This document shows positions 9,566-18,231 of a DNA stretch of 64,000 bases, piece after piece (positions within the stretch are counted from its first letter, which is position 1; the number at the start of each line of letters is the position of its first letter). The stretch lies in IMG/VR virus record IMGVR_UViG_3300044652_000025, positions 32,001 through 96,000 of that record, one strand, 5' to 3'. The stretch comes from a virus (taxonomy: Duplodnaviria; Caudoviricetes). The position numbers and the translations under genes are program-made. The notes below the pieces were generated by a model. The model was not told the DNA's origin, made no database searches, and saw nothing but the letters and a program-made list of their open reading frames with translations.

Positions 9566-10024
9566 TCACAGGACGACGGCCTCCTCAGGGCAGCCGCCAT
9601 CCTTGCGGAGGTACACCGGCCGCACGTTGACGGCGGTGTTGCCTCGGTAGTCGACGTAAGCCGGAGCCATCTCCGGAGCCTCGTGGAGGCCCATCTTGGC
9701 CAGCTTCGAGCGCGGACCTTTCTTGAAGGCCCCGACGAACGTCCCGGTGAACTTGCCGTTGGCATCCATCAGCGCCCAGCTGGTGCCGTAGGCGGTGTCG
9801 ATCAGCTTGGCCTTGACGCGGGTCCCGTCGGCAGTGAAGAGCCCGGGGAAGGTCGAGACCCCACCGGCGTCGAGCAGGTCGGCCTTCATGCGCTTCTCGG
9901 CGGCGGTCAGGCCGCTGGCCCACTGCGAGAGGAAGCCGTCGGTGTCACAGCGCTCAAAGGACTCGTAGGCGGCCGCGGCGTGGGCGGCGGCCTCGGCCCG
10001 GAGTTCAGTGGCGGTGGCGGTCAT
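9566..10024 (-). CDS. conserved actinophage protein (SFERCDTDGFLSQWA motif)
   Basis: AAAGGAG RBS before ATG 10024. Confidence 0.8.
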   Translation of the reverse strand: MTATATELRAEAAAHAAAAYESFERCDTDGFLSQWASGLTAAEKRMKADLLDAGGVSTFPGLFTADGTRVKAKLIDTAYGTSWALMDANGKFTGTFVGAFKKGPRSKLAKMGLHEAPEMAPAYVDYRGNTAVNVRPVYLRKDGGCPEEAVVL

Positions 10025-10063
10025 CGGACTCCTTTCCCGGAGGGGGACTCTCCCGCTCCACAT

Positions 10064-10092
10064 CGTTTATACCCGATCAAAAATCCTTGAAA
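10064..10092 (-). promoter_or_regulatory. early promoter family member TTTCAA-N17-TAAACG
   Basis: Spacer ends GGGTA. Confidence 0.65.
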
Positions 10093-10270
10093 CCTAATCC
10101 CAGACGCCGTAGGTGGCGTAATAGGCCGTAGTGCATCCTCCGGTCGGTGATGTGATCGGTCATCCGCTCGATCAGCTTGTCGATTCGGGACATGGTCTGA
10201 AGGTGCAGCCCGACGATCGTCAGCAGGATCGTGAAGGCTGAGATGATGGTGGTGACGACGGCGGCGGTCA

Positions 10271-10612
10271 TCAGTTGCCTCCCAGCACGCGGTTGTCGCT
10301 GTCTTCGCAGGCCCGCTCGTAGCTGTCCACGAACCCTGACGGGGCACCGCCGGGAACGTTGCTGAAGTGCGCCTGGGCGGCCTCGGCGCAGTGGCTGTCG
10401 GGCAATGACGGGCTGGGGTCGAGCCCAGTGGCATGGGCGATGAAGCACACACCGAAGAAAGCGAAGATCGAGAAGACGACGATGGCGCCCTTACGGGCCG
10501 TCCTGCTGTCGGTCGGAGGTCCGTAGTGTCCACCGAGGCAGAGACGCCGGAACCCGAAGGCGGCCCCGGTACCGAGGAGCAAGGTGAGGATTCCAGCGAC
10601 CATCAGTCCCAC
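10271..10612 (-). CDS. membrane protein, 2 TM
   Basis: Two hydrophobic segments; GGAGG RBS. Confidence 0.65.
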   Translation of the reverse strand: MGLMVAGILTLLLGTGAAFGFRRLCLGGHYGPPTDSRTARKGAIVVFSIFAFFGVCFIAHATGLDPSPSLPDSHCAEAAQAHFSNVPGGAPSGFVDSYERACEDSDNRVLGGN

Positions 10613-10636
10613 ACCTCCACAGTGTAAGGTCGTTTC

Positions 10637-11047
10637 ATGTTCGAGTTCCGCTTCTGGTCGAAAGTGCTGATCGGGGACGGGTGCTGGATTTGGACGGCCT
10701 CGCTCGACGGCAAGGGGTACGGGCAGTATTGGCGAGGCGACAGGAAAGTCATCGCCTCACGCCACGCCTACGAGATTTGGTGCGGGCCGTTGTCCTCCGG
10801 CGTACAGGTACTCCACCGATGTGACACGCCAGCTTGTGTGCGCCCGGACCACCTCTTCGAGGGCAGCCAGCGCGACAACGCGCAGGACTGCGTTGAGAAA
10901 GGACGGCACTACCTCACCCAGCGGACTCATTGCCCGGACGGCCATGAGTACGACGAGGAGAATACCTACTGGTACGGCACCAGACGGCGATGCCGGAAGT
11001 GTCTGGCGAAACACCAGCGAGCGAGCTACCGACGACGCCATAGCTAA
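10637..11047 (+). CDS. HNH homing endonuclease
   Basis: RFWSKV..CWIW, GYG, VLHRCDTPACVRPDHL...DN, C-terminal THCPDGHEY..CRKC Zn finger. Confidence 0.92.
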   Translation: MFEFRFWSKVLIGDGCWIWTASLDGKGYGQYWRGDRKVIASRHAYEIWCGPLSSGVQVLHRCDTPACVRPDHLFEGSQRDNAQDCVEKGRHYLTQRTHCPDGHEYDEENTYWYGTRRRCRKCLAKHQRASYRRRHS

Positions 11048-11229
11048 TCCCAGACGCCGTAGGTGGCGTAGAAGGCGGTGCTGCCGCGCTCGCCGCCCAT
11101 CCAGGCGTAGAACCCCGGGATGTGGCCGTAGTGCTCGTTGGCGGCGACGTAGGCGTCGATCGGGGTCTCGGCCTCGACTGTGAAGGTCACCGGCCCGTTG
11201 GCCTCCAGCCGGAACGTGTAGGTGGTCAT
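11044..11229 (-). CDS. hypothetical protein, 61 aa
   Basis: ATGA coupling; GGAGGAG upstream. Confidence 0.65.
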   Translation of the reverse strand: MTTYTFRLEANGPVTFTVEAETPIDAYVAANEHYGHIPGFYAWMGGERGSTAFYATYGVWD

Positions 11230-11573
11230 CGATCCATCTCCTCCTTGCGCTCGATGGCGCAACGCTCGTACTCACTGGCGTTCCGCCAGGACAGGATCCC
11301 GGCCCAGTGACCGGGGCAGGCACCCTCACCGGCCTTGACCAGGCAGCCGCAGCGGCCGTCGGTCGGGCCGTCCTCGGTCCAGATCTCCACGATCTCCCCG
11401 CAGAGCACCGGGACGGAGTGGCCGCCCTTCGGACCGGTCACGTAGGCGTAGCCGCGGGGGCTGGCGTGGGCGAGCATCCCGGCCTCAAGGGCCGTCCCGA
11501 GGTGGTCGACCAGGACGCCGGTGCGCCATGAGGAGCCGTAGGCGCCGGTGAAGTCGTCGAGGGTCTTGGTCAT
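11226..11573 (-). CDS. hypothetical protein
   Basis: AAGGAG RBS before ATG 11573. Confidence 0.7.
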   Translation of the reverse strand: MTKTLDDFTGAYGSSWRTGVLVDHLGTALEAGMLAHASPRGYAYVTGPKGGHSVPVLCGEIVEIWTEDGPTDGRCGCLVKAGEGACPGHWAGILSWRNASEYERCAIERKEEMDR

Positions 11574-11726
11574 CGGAACGACGCTCCTTTGCAGCGGGGG
11601 AGGTGGCGGGCGGCCTCGGCGGCGGCCTTCTCGGCCCTGGCGTTGGCGGTGGTCCGCCATCCGCACTTCGGGCAGCTGACTCGCTCCATCGGTCCTTCCT
11701 GGGGGAGGCACTCCCTCCCTCCACTC

Positions 11727-11755
11727 AATCTATACCCTCTAGGGATTCTTGTAAA
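11727..11755 (-). promoter_or_regulatory. early promoter TTTACA-N17-TAGATT
   Basis: Spacer AGAATCCCTAGAGGGTA. Confidence 0.8.
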
Positions 11756-11756
11756 C

Positions 11757-12110
11757 CTAGATGTCCCAGTAGAAGGCGTCCCGCAGGCCGTACTCGGTGT
11801 TGTACTTCCAGCCCATCTCGTCGCAGATCTCAGCCAGGCGCTGGGCCACCCAGCCGTCGGGCTCGGTGTCGTGAATCTCGTTGTGCTCCTCGGCCACGGC
11901 CTTGAGGATCGGCGAGGCCGCCTTGAGCAGCCCGGCCTTGTTGCGGATGGTCAGGTCGGTCTCCACCTTGGCCTTGATGGCGGCGATGGCGGCGCGCACC
12001 GCGTCGTCGCCCTCGGTGGTGTACATCGAGGGGTTGTTGCCATTGAGGAAGATGTCGTTCTTCTCCTCGTCGGTCAGGCTCTCGAACCAGGCCTCGTCCT
12101 TGTCGGGCAT
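11757..12110 (-). CDS. hypothetical protein, acidic
   Basis: ORF track; GGAGG RBS. Confidence 0.75.
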   Translation of the reverse strand: MPDKDEAWFESLTDEEKNDIFLNGNNPSMYTTEGDDAVRAAIAAIKAKVETDLTIRNKAGLLKAASPILKAVAEEHNEIHDTEPDGWVAQRLAEICDEMGWKYNTEYGLRDAFYWDI

Positions 12111-12111
12111 G

Positions 12112-12381
12112 TCAGTTCACCTCCGGGCAGCGGCACGTCGTCAGGTAGCCGAGGATCTCGTCGTCGTCGCAGTCGGCGACGCGAGCGATGAGGATGGGCT
12201 TGACCTTGTAGGTCGGGTGGGGCGACAGGGTCGAGCGCAGCGTGGTGCGCGCCGTGCCCCCGGTGCCCTCGGCGAGGATCTCCATGATCACCCCGGCGTG
12301 GACGTCGCCGACACAGGCCCGGAAGATGCCATAGCGGCCATTGTCGAAGTCACCACTGGCGAAGCGGGAGGGGGTGGACAT
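12112..12381 (-). CDS. hypothetical protein
   Basis: ORF track; AAAGGAGG RBS. Confidence 0.65.
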   Translation of the reverse strand: MSTPSRFASGDFDNGRYGIFRACVGDVHAGVIMEILAEGTGGTARTTLRSTLSPHPTYKVKPILIARVADCDDDEILGYLTTCRCPEVN

Positions 12382-12523
12382 TGGGTGGCCTCCTTTAGTA
12401 GGGGCGGATGGTGGGCTTGAGCGGCGGCAGTTCCTTCGTCTTCTCGGCAGGCCGCGGCTTACGCACCCGGATCCGCACCTTGTTCATCGGAGTCCCTCCT
12501 GGCGGGGCCTCTCCCCACCAATG

Positions 12524-12552
12524 AGTTTATACCCTCACAAGAGTTCTTGAAA
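12524..12552 (-). promoter_or_regulatory. early promoter TTTCAA-N17-TAAACT
   Basis: Spacer GAACTCTTGTGAGGGTA. Confidence 0.75.
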
Positions 12553-12813
12553 CCGAGCCGGTGAGAGATGCTCGACGCGGGCGCCCAGCAAACCGGCGAC
12601 GCGCTCGGCGGTGGTGACCGATCGCTGCTGGCCCCAAGAGCAGCCGAAGGCGACCGTGGCCTCGGGATGATCCACCAGGTACGCCAGCGCGCGGCTGACC
12701 AGCGACCGGTACACCGGCCTCGGATGGTAGGGCTCCTCCAGCACCCGGCAGTCGACGACGAGGTCGGCCTCCGGCGGGCACTGGAGGTTGTAGGCGAAGG
12801 TCAGGATCCTCAC
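12535..12813 (-). CDS. RapZ C-terminal-domain-like protein
   Basis: ILTFAY..PPEADLVVDCRVL..PY and VAFGCSWGQQRSV echo RapZ-CTD (SFGF..AD.VFDVRFL.NP / IGCTGG.HRSV). Confidence 0.7.
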   Translation of the reverse strand: MRILTFAYNLQCPPEADLVVDCRVLEEPYHPRPVYRSLVSRALAYLVDHPEATVAFGCSWGQQRSVTTAERVAGLLGARVEHLSPARFQELL

Positions 12814-12814
12814 G

Positions 12815-13114
12815 CTATTTGACGGCCATGATGCGGGCCGTGCGCTCCAGATCGGTCAAGCTCTGGCACTCGTTCTCCAGGGCGACGGCTTTGTGGAGGG
12901 CACGCTCAAACAGCGCGTCGGCGGCGGCCTGCGCTTCCGGCGTCGCGTGGTCTTTCACCCGGTCGTAGTTAGCGGCGCTGGCGTCGCTGTCGGCTTGGTG
13001 CATGGCGGCGCAGACGGCGGCCGCGGTCGGCTTGGGATGTCCACCGCACCCGGCGAGGAGGACCGCGGTGACGGCCAGGGCGGCTAGATAGCGGGTCATC
13101 CTGGATGCCATCAC
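12815..13114 (-). CDS. lipoprotein
   Basis: Signal peptide with LAGC lipobox. Confidence 0.75.
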   Translation of the reverse strand: MMASRMTRYLAALAVTAVLLAGCGGHPKPTAAAVCAAMHQADSDASAANYDRVKDHATPEAQAAADALFERALHKAVALENECQSLTDLERTARIMAVK

Positions 13115-13317
13115 GCAGCTTTCCTCTCTCGTTCGATGAAGTTGGCGACCCCGGCGAGGTCGCCGAAGTAGGTGTTGGGCCGACGGGGGTGACTGACCGT
13201 GAAACGGCCCTCCCGGTCGGTCTCGAAGACCTCGAAGCCGTCCTCGGTGACGTGGAACGGCTCCCGCCCGGCAGCGCGGCCGGTGGTGCTCCAGGGCTTG
13301 AGGGGATCGCCGGTCAT
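13111..13317 (-). CDS. hypothetical protein
   Basis: ORF track; overlaps. Confidence 0.65.
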   Translation of the reverse strand: MTGDPLKPWSTTGRAAGREPFHVTEDGFEVFETDREGRFTVSHPRRPNTYFGDLAGVANFIERERKAA

Positions 13318-13667
13318 GCGCGCTCCCCGTCGAACCTGCGTACCTTCCGCAGTTTCTCGATGAGCGTGGTCATGGCCCGGGTGAACGCCCTGGCATCGGC
13401 GCCGTCGTAGGGGTCGTCGAGCATGTGCTCAGACATGACGATGCCGTCTTCGCACTCCTCGATGAAGTCGGCCAGCAAATGCGCCGGGACTGACAGGACG
13501 CCTTCTCGGATCGTGACGCCGACAGCCTCCCAGTCTCCAGTCCCCTGGTCGTGGCCGGGGATTTCCTCGGGGAGTGGTTTGCCCAACATCCAGTCTGCGG
13601 CGTCGAGTTGTCGGGGGCCACGCAGTTTCAGTGTGACCACCTCTCGGGTTTCGGCGGGGGTGCTCAT
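13314..13667 (-). CDS. hypothetical protein
   Basis: ORF track; ATGA overlaps. Confidence 0.7.
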   Translation of the reverse strand: MSTPAETREVVTLKLRGPRQLDAADWMLGKPLPEEIPGHDQGTGDWEAVGVTIREGVLSVPAHLLADFIEECEDGIVMSEHMLDDPYDGADARAFTRAMTTLIEKLRKVRRFDGERA

Positions 13668-13903
13668 CTCGATGTCTCCTCTCGCTTGGCCTTCTTCTCC
13701 AGGTACTCGGCCAGGTCGTTCTCGGCCCGCTTCAGGAGTGCCTGGCGCATCGGCAGGGTCTGCTTGGTGGTCTGCTCGATCTGGGCCTTGGTGGCGGGGA
13801 TCTCGCCCTCCTCGGCCATGTTCAGCCGGTGTTCCACCCAGGCCAGATCGGCCTTGGCTTTCTCGACGTTGGCCCGGAGTCTGTCTTCGAGGCTCATGGT
13901 CAT
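13664..13903 (-). CDS. coiled-coil hypothetical protein
   Basis: TGATG start at 13903. Confidence 0.7.
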   Translation of the reverse strand: MTMSLEDRLRANVEKAKADLAWVEHRLNMAEEGEIPATKAQIEQTTKQTLPMRQALLKRAENDLAEYLEKKAKREETSR

Positions 13904-14160
13904 CACCAAGCGAAGGGGGCAGGGACCCCGTTGAGGGTGGCCTTGCGGCTCATGGTCGAGCCGTAGTAGCCGACCTGCTCCAGGCAGTCGTAGAAGAAGT
14001 GGGGCGTCGCCTCCTCGGCGTACTCCTCGGGAATGGCGGCCTCGAAGGTGACCGTGCGGCCCTTCTGGACGATGTTGGTCTTCCAATGGCCGGGCTCGGC
14101 GATCTTCTCGGCGTAGCGCTTGGCGTCGGCCACGGTGAGGAACTTGGCGGTGTAGGTCAT
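13903..14160 (-). CDS. hypothetical protein
   Basis: ORF track; overlaps. Confidence 0.7.
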   Translation of the reverse strand: MTYTAKFLTVADAKRYAEKIAEPGHWKTNIVQKGRTVTFEAAIPEEYAEEATPHFFYDCLEQVGYYGSTMSRKATLNGVPAPFAW

Positions 14161-14399
14161 CGGTAGTCCTTCCAGTCGCCGTCGCGGGTGTTGACGTAGT
14201 CGCAGCCCTTGCAGGTCCGGTACTCGGTCACCGCGGTCCAGCCGGTGCGGGTGATCTCGCCGTCGAACTCCATCTCGACGTCGACACCGTGTTCGACGGT
14301 CCAGTCATTCGGACCCGTCCTGAGGAAGAGCCCGCAGTTCTCGCAGTGGAAGCGGCCGGTGGCGGCGCTCCCGCCGTCGATGATGGCTCCGGGCTTCAC
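14157..14399 (-). CDS. Zn-ribbon protein
   Basis: CENC...CKGC; AAGGAG RBS. Confidence 0.7.
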   Translation of the reverse strand: MKPGAIIDGGSAATGRFHCENCGLFLRTGPNDWTVEHGVDVEMEFDGEITRTGWTAVTEYRTCKGCDYVNTRDGDWKDYR

Positions 14400-14438
14400 G
14401 GCACTCCTTCCGGGGGAGACCTGCTCTCCCCTCCACCG

Positions 14439-14467
14439 TGTTTATACCCTAACAAGGATTGTTGAAA
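14439..14467 (-). promoter_or_regulatory. early promoter family member TTTCAA-N17-TAAACA
   Basis: Spacer ends AGGGTA. Confidence 0.7.
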
Positions 14468-14479
14468 CAACCCTTGCGG

Positions 14480-14690
14480 TAGCTGAGACGACAGGAATGC
14501 CCGTTTGGTCCAGGGCGTATCCTGTGAGCAGGTGAAACGGATGTCGTCGGGCTAACGTTGACCGTTTCAAGTGATCGTGAGCCGGGTGGCCGACGTCGGA
14601 CGAGACGGATCCACCGGCTCCACAGCGGCAGTGCCCGGTCGGATCCCGGCGGCCAGCTACGGCTCCGACCGGCACTGCCCCTCAAACTTA
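14480..14690. ncRNA. candidate structured non-coding RNA or UTR (four tandem hairpins)
   Basis: Stems 14491-502/14513-525, 14533-540/14562-569, 14579-589/14611-620, 14627-643/14664-679; no convincing ORF. Confidence 0.4.
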
Positions 14691-14719
14691 CCTCGTCGCT
14701 CGACCGATCGAGGCGATAC

Positions 14720-15097
14720 TCAGGCGTCAGCCCAGTAAATCTGAAGCGGATCGCTGAACTCGCTGGTGGCACCCCAGTAGTAGTGAACGATCGTTTCCGG
14801 ATCGAGCCTCTCCGCGGTCCAGTCGAGGGGTCCGAGCTTGGCCTCGACGCGGTCCTTGGCCTCCTGGAGCGAGGGCGCCCGGGTGAAGGGCTTGCCGTCG
14901 ACCCAGACCTCGAAGGTCCGGCGGCTCCCGGCCTTGTCGGTGGCGATGACCGCGTCGTGCTCGGTCCAGAAGAGTCGGCCGTTCTGGTAGGGCCTCCACG
15001 AGGGGAGTGCGGTCTTCCTCCAGGCAGCCCGGAGGTGGTTCACGTCTCGGGGTGGGCCAGGGTCATCGGCGGCGAGTCGTTGGGCCGGTTGGCCCAC
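14720..15097 (-). CDS. hypothetical protein (true start probably ~15043)
   Basis: ORF track; GTGA overlap candidate. Confidence 0.65.
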   Translation of the reverse strand: MGQPAQRLAADDPGPPRDVNHLRAAWRKTALPSWRPYQNGRLFWTEHDAVIATDKAGSRRTFEVWVDGKPFTRAPSLQEAKDRVEAKLGPLDWTAERLDPETIVHYYWGATSEFSDPLQIYWADA

Positions 15098-15351
15098 GCC
15101 TGCTCGGCCAGCTTCTGGATGAGACGCGGGTACTTACGGGTGACGCCCCAGGCGGGCTTGCCACCGGCCCGGACGTAGTGGTTGAGCAGGTCGTGGACGG
15201 CGTCGTGGGCCGTGCCGCAGAGCGGGACGATCTCGGGCTCGACCGGCTTGGCCCCCTGAGCCAGCCAGGACTGGGGGACGACGTGGTGGTGCTGGACGTA
15301 GGCGGGCCTCGGGGCGTGGTTCTTGACGCAGGCGCAGGTCTCGTCGGCCAT
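15040..15351 (-). CDS. HNH-family endonuclease
   Basis: CAC..HHHVVP...IVPLCGTAHDAVH. Confidence 0.7.
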   Translation of the reverse strand: MADETCACVKNHAPRPAYVQHHHVVPQSWLAQGAKPVEPEIVPLCGTAHDAVHDLLNHYVRAGGKPAWGVTRKYPRLIQKLAEQAWANRPNDSPPMTLAHPET

Positions 15352-15354
15352 GGG

Positions 15355-15588
15355 CTACTCCTCGTACTCGACCAGGGACACGCCGGTGGGTTCGTGACCT
15401 CCGGCGGCCACGATCTGCTCGGCGGTGAGCCGGGCGCCAGCGGGGTCATCCGCAGGCCAGTCGACGAAGACCCGGCTGTAGCCGCCCTCGACCTCACCCT
15501 CCTTGAGGGTGTCCTTATCGACGGCCCACATCACATCGAAGACCCAGCGGGCCGCCGCCCTGCGCCACTGACTCCTGAGATGCTCCAT
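15355..15588 (-). CDS. hypothetical protein
   Basis: ORF track. Confidence 0.55.
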   Translation of the reverse strand: MEHLRSQWRRAAARWVFDVMWAVDKDTLKEGEVEGGYSRVFVDWPADDPAGARLTAEQIVAAGGHEPTGVSLVEYEE

Positions 15589-15753
15589 CCCGCCTCACAC
15601 ATGGGCGACCCCGATCCCGGAGGATGGGGCGTCGCGTACGGCCGTGCGCGCCACCCGTTGACTCGACAGGATCGGGGTGCGTAGCCGATCCTTCCCGCTG
15701 GGTGATGCTCTCAACACTTTAAGTGGTCAAAGTGGGGACTGATGTTCCATCCC

Positions 15754-16176
15754 TTAGGGCCGTCTCCAGGCCCTCCAGGCAGCGATCAGCCGGTCCCGGA
15801 CCGTCGGACGGCTGATACGGATACGCGGCTGACCGTCGGGCAGGTACTCACCGCCGGGGCCGTAATGCCAGCAGCGATGGGCATCCGGCCAGTCGTCGTC
15901 ATCGGGGTCGTAGTCGTCGAAGTTCACCGTCCCGAGCCCGGGAAAGCCGTAACAGGCGTGCTGGTTGAACGCCACGACGGTGGCACCGTCCCGCATGGTC
16001 ACCGCGAAGCCGAGCGGGGTGTCGATCGGGCGTTCGTCGACCTCGACCTCGGGGGTGAAGAGCAGGACGACCTCAGCCACCAATTCGACGTTGCAGTGCG
16101 GACAGGCCCTGGTGATGGTGAAGGAGTAAGGCCCAGTATCGCTGTAGGGACCGAGCGGGATCCCGGCGACCTTCAC
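15754..16176 (-). CDS. hypothetical protein
   Basis: GTGA overlap start; CPHC. Confidence 0.6.
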   Translation of the reverse strand: MKVAGIPLGPYSDTGPYSFTITRACPHCNVELVAEVVLLFTPEVEVDERPIDTPLGFAVTMRDGATVVAFNQHACYGFPGLGTVNFDDYDPDDDDWPDAHRCWHYGPGGEYLPDGQPRIRISRPTVRDRLIAAWRAWRRP

Positions 16177-16391
16177 CCGATGATGTCCTCGATGCGCTTG
16201 ACGAATTCGATTGGGGAGCAGTCGGCCTCGATGAGCACCGACTCCAGGCCGACCTCGACCGACAGGAGAGCGAAGCCCTTGTGCTCGGGGTGCTGGCACT
16301 CGGCGATCCGCACGATGTGGTCGAAGCGGATCCACTCCTGACAGCCAGTATCGCGGTTGGTGAAGCCGATAAGGATGGGCTGTTCGCTCAC
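16173..16391 (-). CDS. hypothetical protein
   Basis: ORF track; overlaps. Confidence 0.65.
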   Translation of the reverse strand: MSEQPILIGFTNRDTGCQEWIRFDHIVRIAECQHPEHKGFALLSVEVGLESVLIEADCSPIEFVKRIEDIIG

Positions 16392-16693
16392 GTCGTGGGC
16401 ACCGGGGCGGCGGCGTAGGGATAGTCGGCGATGTAGCGGGCGACGTCTTCCGGGGCGGCGCCGACCGCGAGGGCGACTTCCTGGCCGGTGTGCATGTCAC
16501 CGCCCGGATCGACGCGGGTCCAGGCCCAGCCCTTGGGGTCTCCGGCGTTGGACCAGACGACCGTGGAGCCGTCGACCAGGGAGACCTCGATCCCGGTGTA
16601 GGTGTCGTTGCTGACCACCCTGGCGCCGATGTCCCCCGCGGTCAGGAGATGGGCGACGGCCTGGTAGTGGGGCCGCTCGTAGAAGTGGGGCAT
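16388..16693 (-). CDS. hypothetical protein
   Basis: ORF track; overlaps. Confidence 0.7.
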   Translation of the reverse strand: MPHFYERPHYQAVAHLLTAGDIGARVVSNDTYTGIEVSLVDGSTVVWSNAGDPKGWAWTRVDPGGDMHTGQEVALAVGAAPEDVARYIADYPYAAAPVPTT

Positions 16694-17112
16694 CAGGCGC
16701 GCTCCTTCACCCTCTCGGCCTCGCGTTCGGCGAGGTACTCCGTGTACTCCTCATCCCACTTGTACGGTTTCTCGAAGTAGTACAGGAGGTTGTCGCAGTC
16801 CGTGATGTGGAAGTTCTCGACCAGCCAGGATCCCATCGACCAGACCTCATCGGGGTTCTCCCACCAGTGCTGTCCCGGCGGCAGGGCGCGGGCGCGTTCG
16901 TCGAGGGCCTTACGGGCACGGCTCTCCAGCTGGGAGACGTAGGCCTGGGTCCAGCCCAGGATCCCGGCCACCTCGACCTGAGAGCGGTAGCCGCCCTCTG
17001 GTCGGTCCCAGCCCAGCCGGAGCGCCACCACGGCCCGCTCCTTGGGGTCGAGCTTGGCCAGCTTGCCCTCCCGGGCCAGCCTGGCGAGTTGGTTGAGTTC
17101 AGTGTTGCTCAC
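16693..17112 (-). CDS. sigma-70 region 4 HTH protein
   Basis: LAKLDPKERAVVALRLG...SQVEVAGILGWTQAYVSQLESRARKAL. Confidence 0.85.
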   Translation of the reverse strand: MSNTELNQLARLAREGKLAKLDPKERAVVALRLGWDRPEGGYRSQVEVAGILGWTQAYVSQLESRARKALDERARALPPGQHWWENPDEVWSMGSWLVENFHITDCDNLLYYFEKPYKWDEEYTEYLAEREAERVKERA

Positions 17113-17176
17113 GACCTGTCGTCTCCATCCGTTCTGCGTTCTAACCAGTCCACGGCGTCCCTGATCGTGTGGTCGG

Positions 17177-17389
17177 TCACGCCGCGTCCTCGATCTGACG
17201 TAGACGCAACCCCAGCGATCGCACCTCGTTCAGGAACGACGCCTCCATGACGCGGATCCGGTCCCTGAACTCATCGGAAAAGGCCTCGACCCGACGGTCG
17301 AGTTGAGTGATCCGGCGGTCCTGCTGATCCAGCTTGCCCTCGACAGAGTCGAAGCGGGCCATGATCTCGGCGAACTGCTCCTCGCTCAC
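17177..17389 (-). CDS. coiled-coil hypothetical protein
   Basis: ORF track; heptads. Confidence 0.65.
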   Translation of the reverse strand: MSEEQFAEIMARFDSVEGKLDQQDRRITQLDRRVEAFSDEFRDRIRVMEASFLNEVRSLGLRLRQIEDAA

Positions 17390-17658
17390 ACCGATACCTC
17401 GCAGCCCTCGCAGGCGCCCATGACGGTCTCGATCTCGCCGTGCTGGCGGAAGCGGTCGATGAGGATCTCGACAGCCCGGCCGACGGCCAGGAGCTTGGTC
17501 GCCGCGTCCTCGGCGTCGTCGAAGTGTCCGAAGCTGACCTCGACCGTGGCCTCGGCCTGGTCGCCGTAGCAGCAGGGGTTCTGGCGGTAGACGCGGAGGC
17601 CGTAGTAGGCGGGGTTGTCGGCGATATCCCGAGCCATCTGCTCGACTGCGTCGCTCAT
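17386..17658 (-). CDS. hypothetical protein
   Basis: GAGAGGA RBS before ATG 17658. Confidence 0.65.
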   Translation of the reverse strand: MSDAVEQMARDIADNPAYYGLRVYRQNPCCYGDQAEATVEVSFGHFDDAEDAATKLLAVGRAVEILIDRFRQHGEIETVMGACEGCEVSV

Positions 17659-18035
17659 TGTTCGATGATTCCTCTCACCTGGCGGGGTCGTTGAGAGGAT
17701 CATATCATGATCGCTTATGGTCTGCAACTTTTCTTAGCAGACATAGATGGCATTCGCACCACACCAGCCGTGGATCACATCGCTCGTGTTCCCCAGCCAC
17801 ACAGGCATCACACCAGCGCTTCCTCGGCTTCTGGTTCATCCACCGGAGCGTGCCATACCTCGCACCCACACCCCAGGGCTCGGCAACGGGTCTCGCCGTT
17901 CCCATGAAATGAGCGGGCGTGTCCACACTCGGTACAGCGCGGTTGCAGCTTGCGAGCCATCGCTTCTTCCTCTCGACTGCACTAAAGATCCTTGTAGATC
18001 AAAGTTTACCGGGTGTGTCGAGCCCCTAAACGCGG

Positions 18036-18079
18036 CTCAGCCCCACCAGACCGGTCGTGAGTCGTCTGGTGGGGCTGAG
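18036..18079. terminator. 16-bp perfect inverted repeat (terminator or RNA stem)
   Basis: CTCAGCCCCACCAGAC / GTCTGGTGGGGCTGAG in non-coding region. Confidence 0.5.
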
Positions 18080-18231
18080 AGAGAGGAACCCGATGCCCCA
18101 GGATGCACCTCGGAAAGCTGTCCTAGACCCCGCCAGAGATCAAGGACGGGTGCGTTGGATCGAGAGCCACTCGCTAGGGACACGATAAAGGTAGGCGCAA
18201 GGGTTTTCAAGCTGGGACTTGACAAGGGGCA

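Larger units (their letters stand above)
10094..11070. mobile_element. HNH-carrying insertion bounded by a 27-bp direct repeat
   Basis: CTAATCCCAGACGCCGTAGGTGGCGTA at 10094-10120 and 11044-11070. Confidence 0.55.

Noticed and set aside
14520-14550. Hammerhead ribozyme core (CTGTGAG...GAAAC)
   Set aside because: Lacks the required CUGANGA core and a proper stem II
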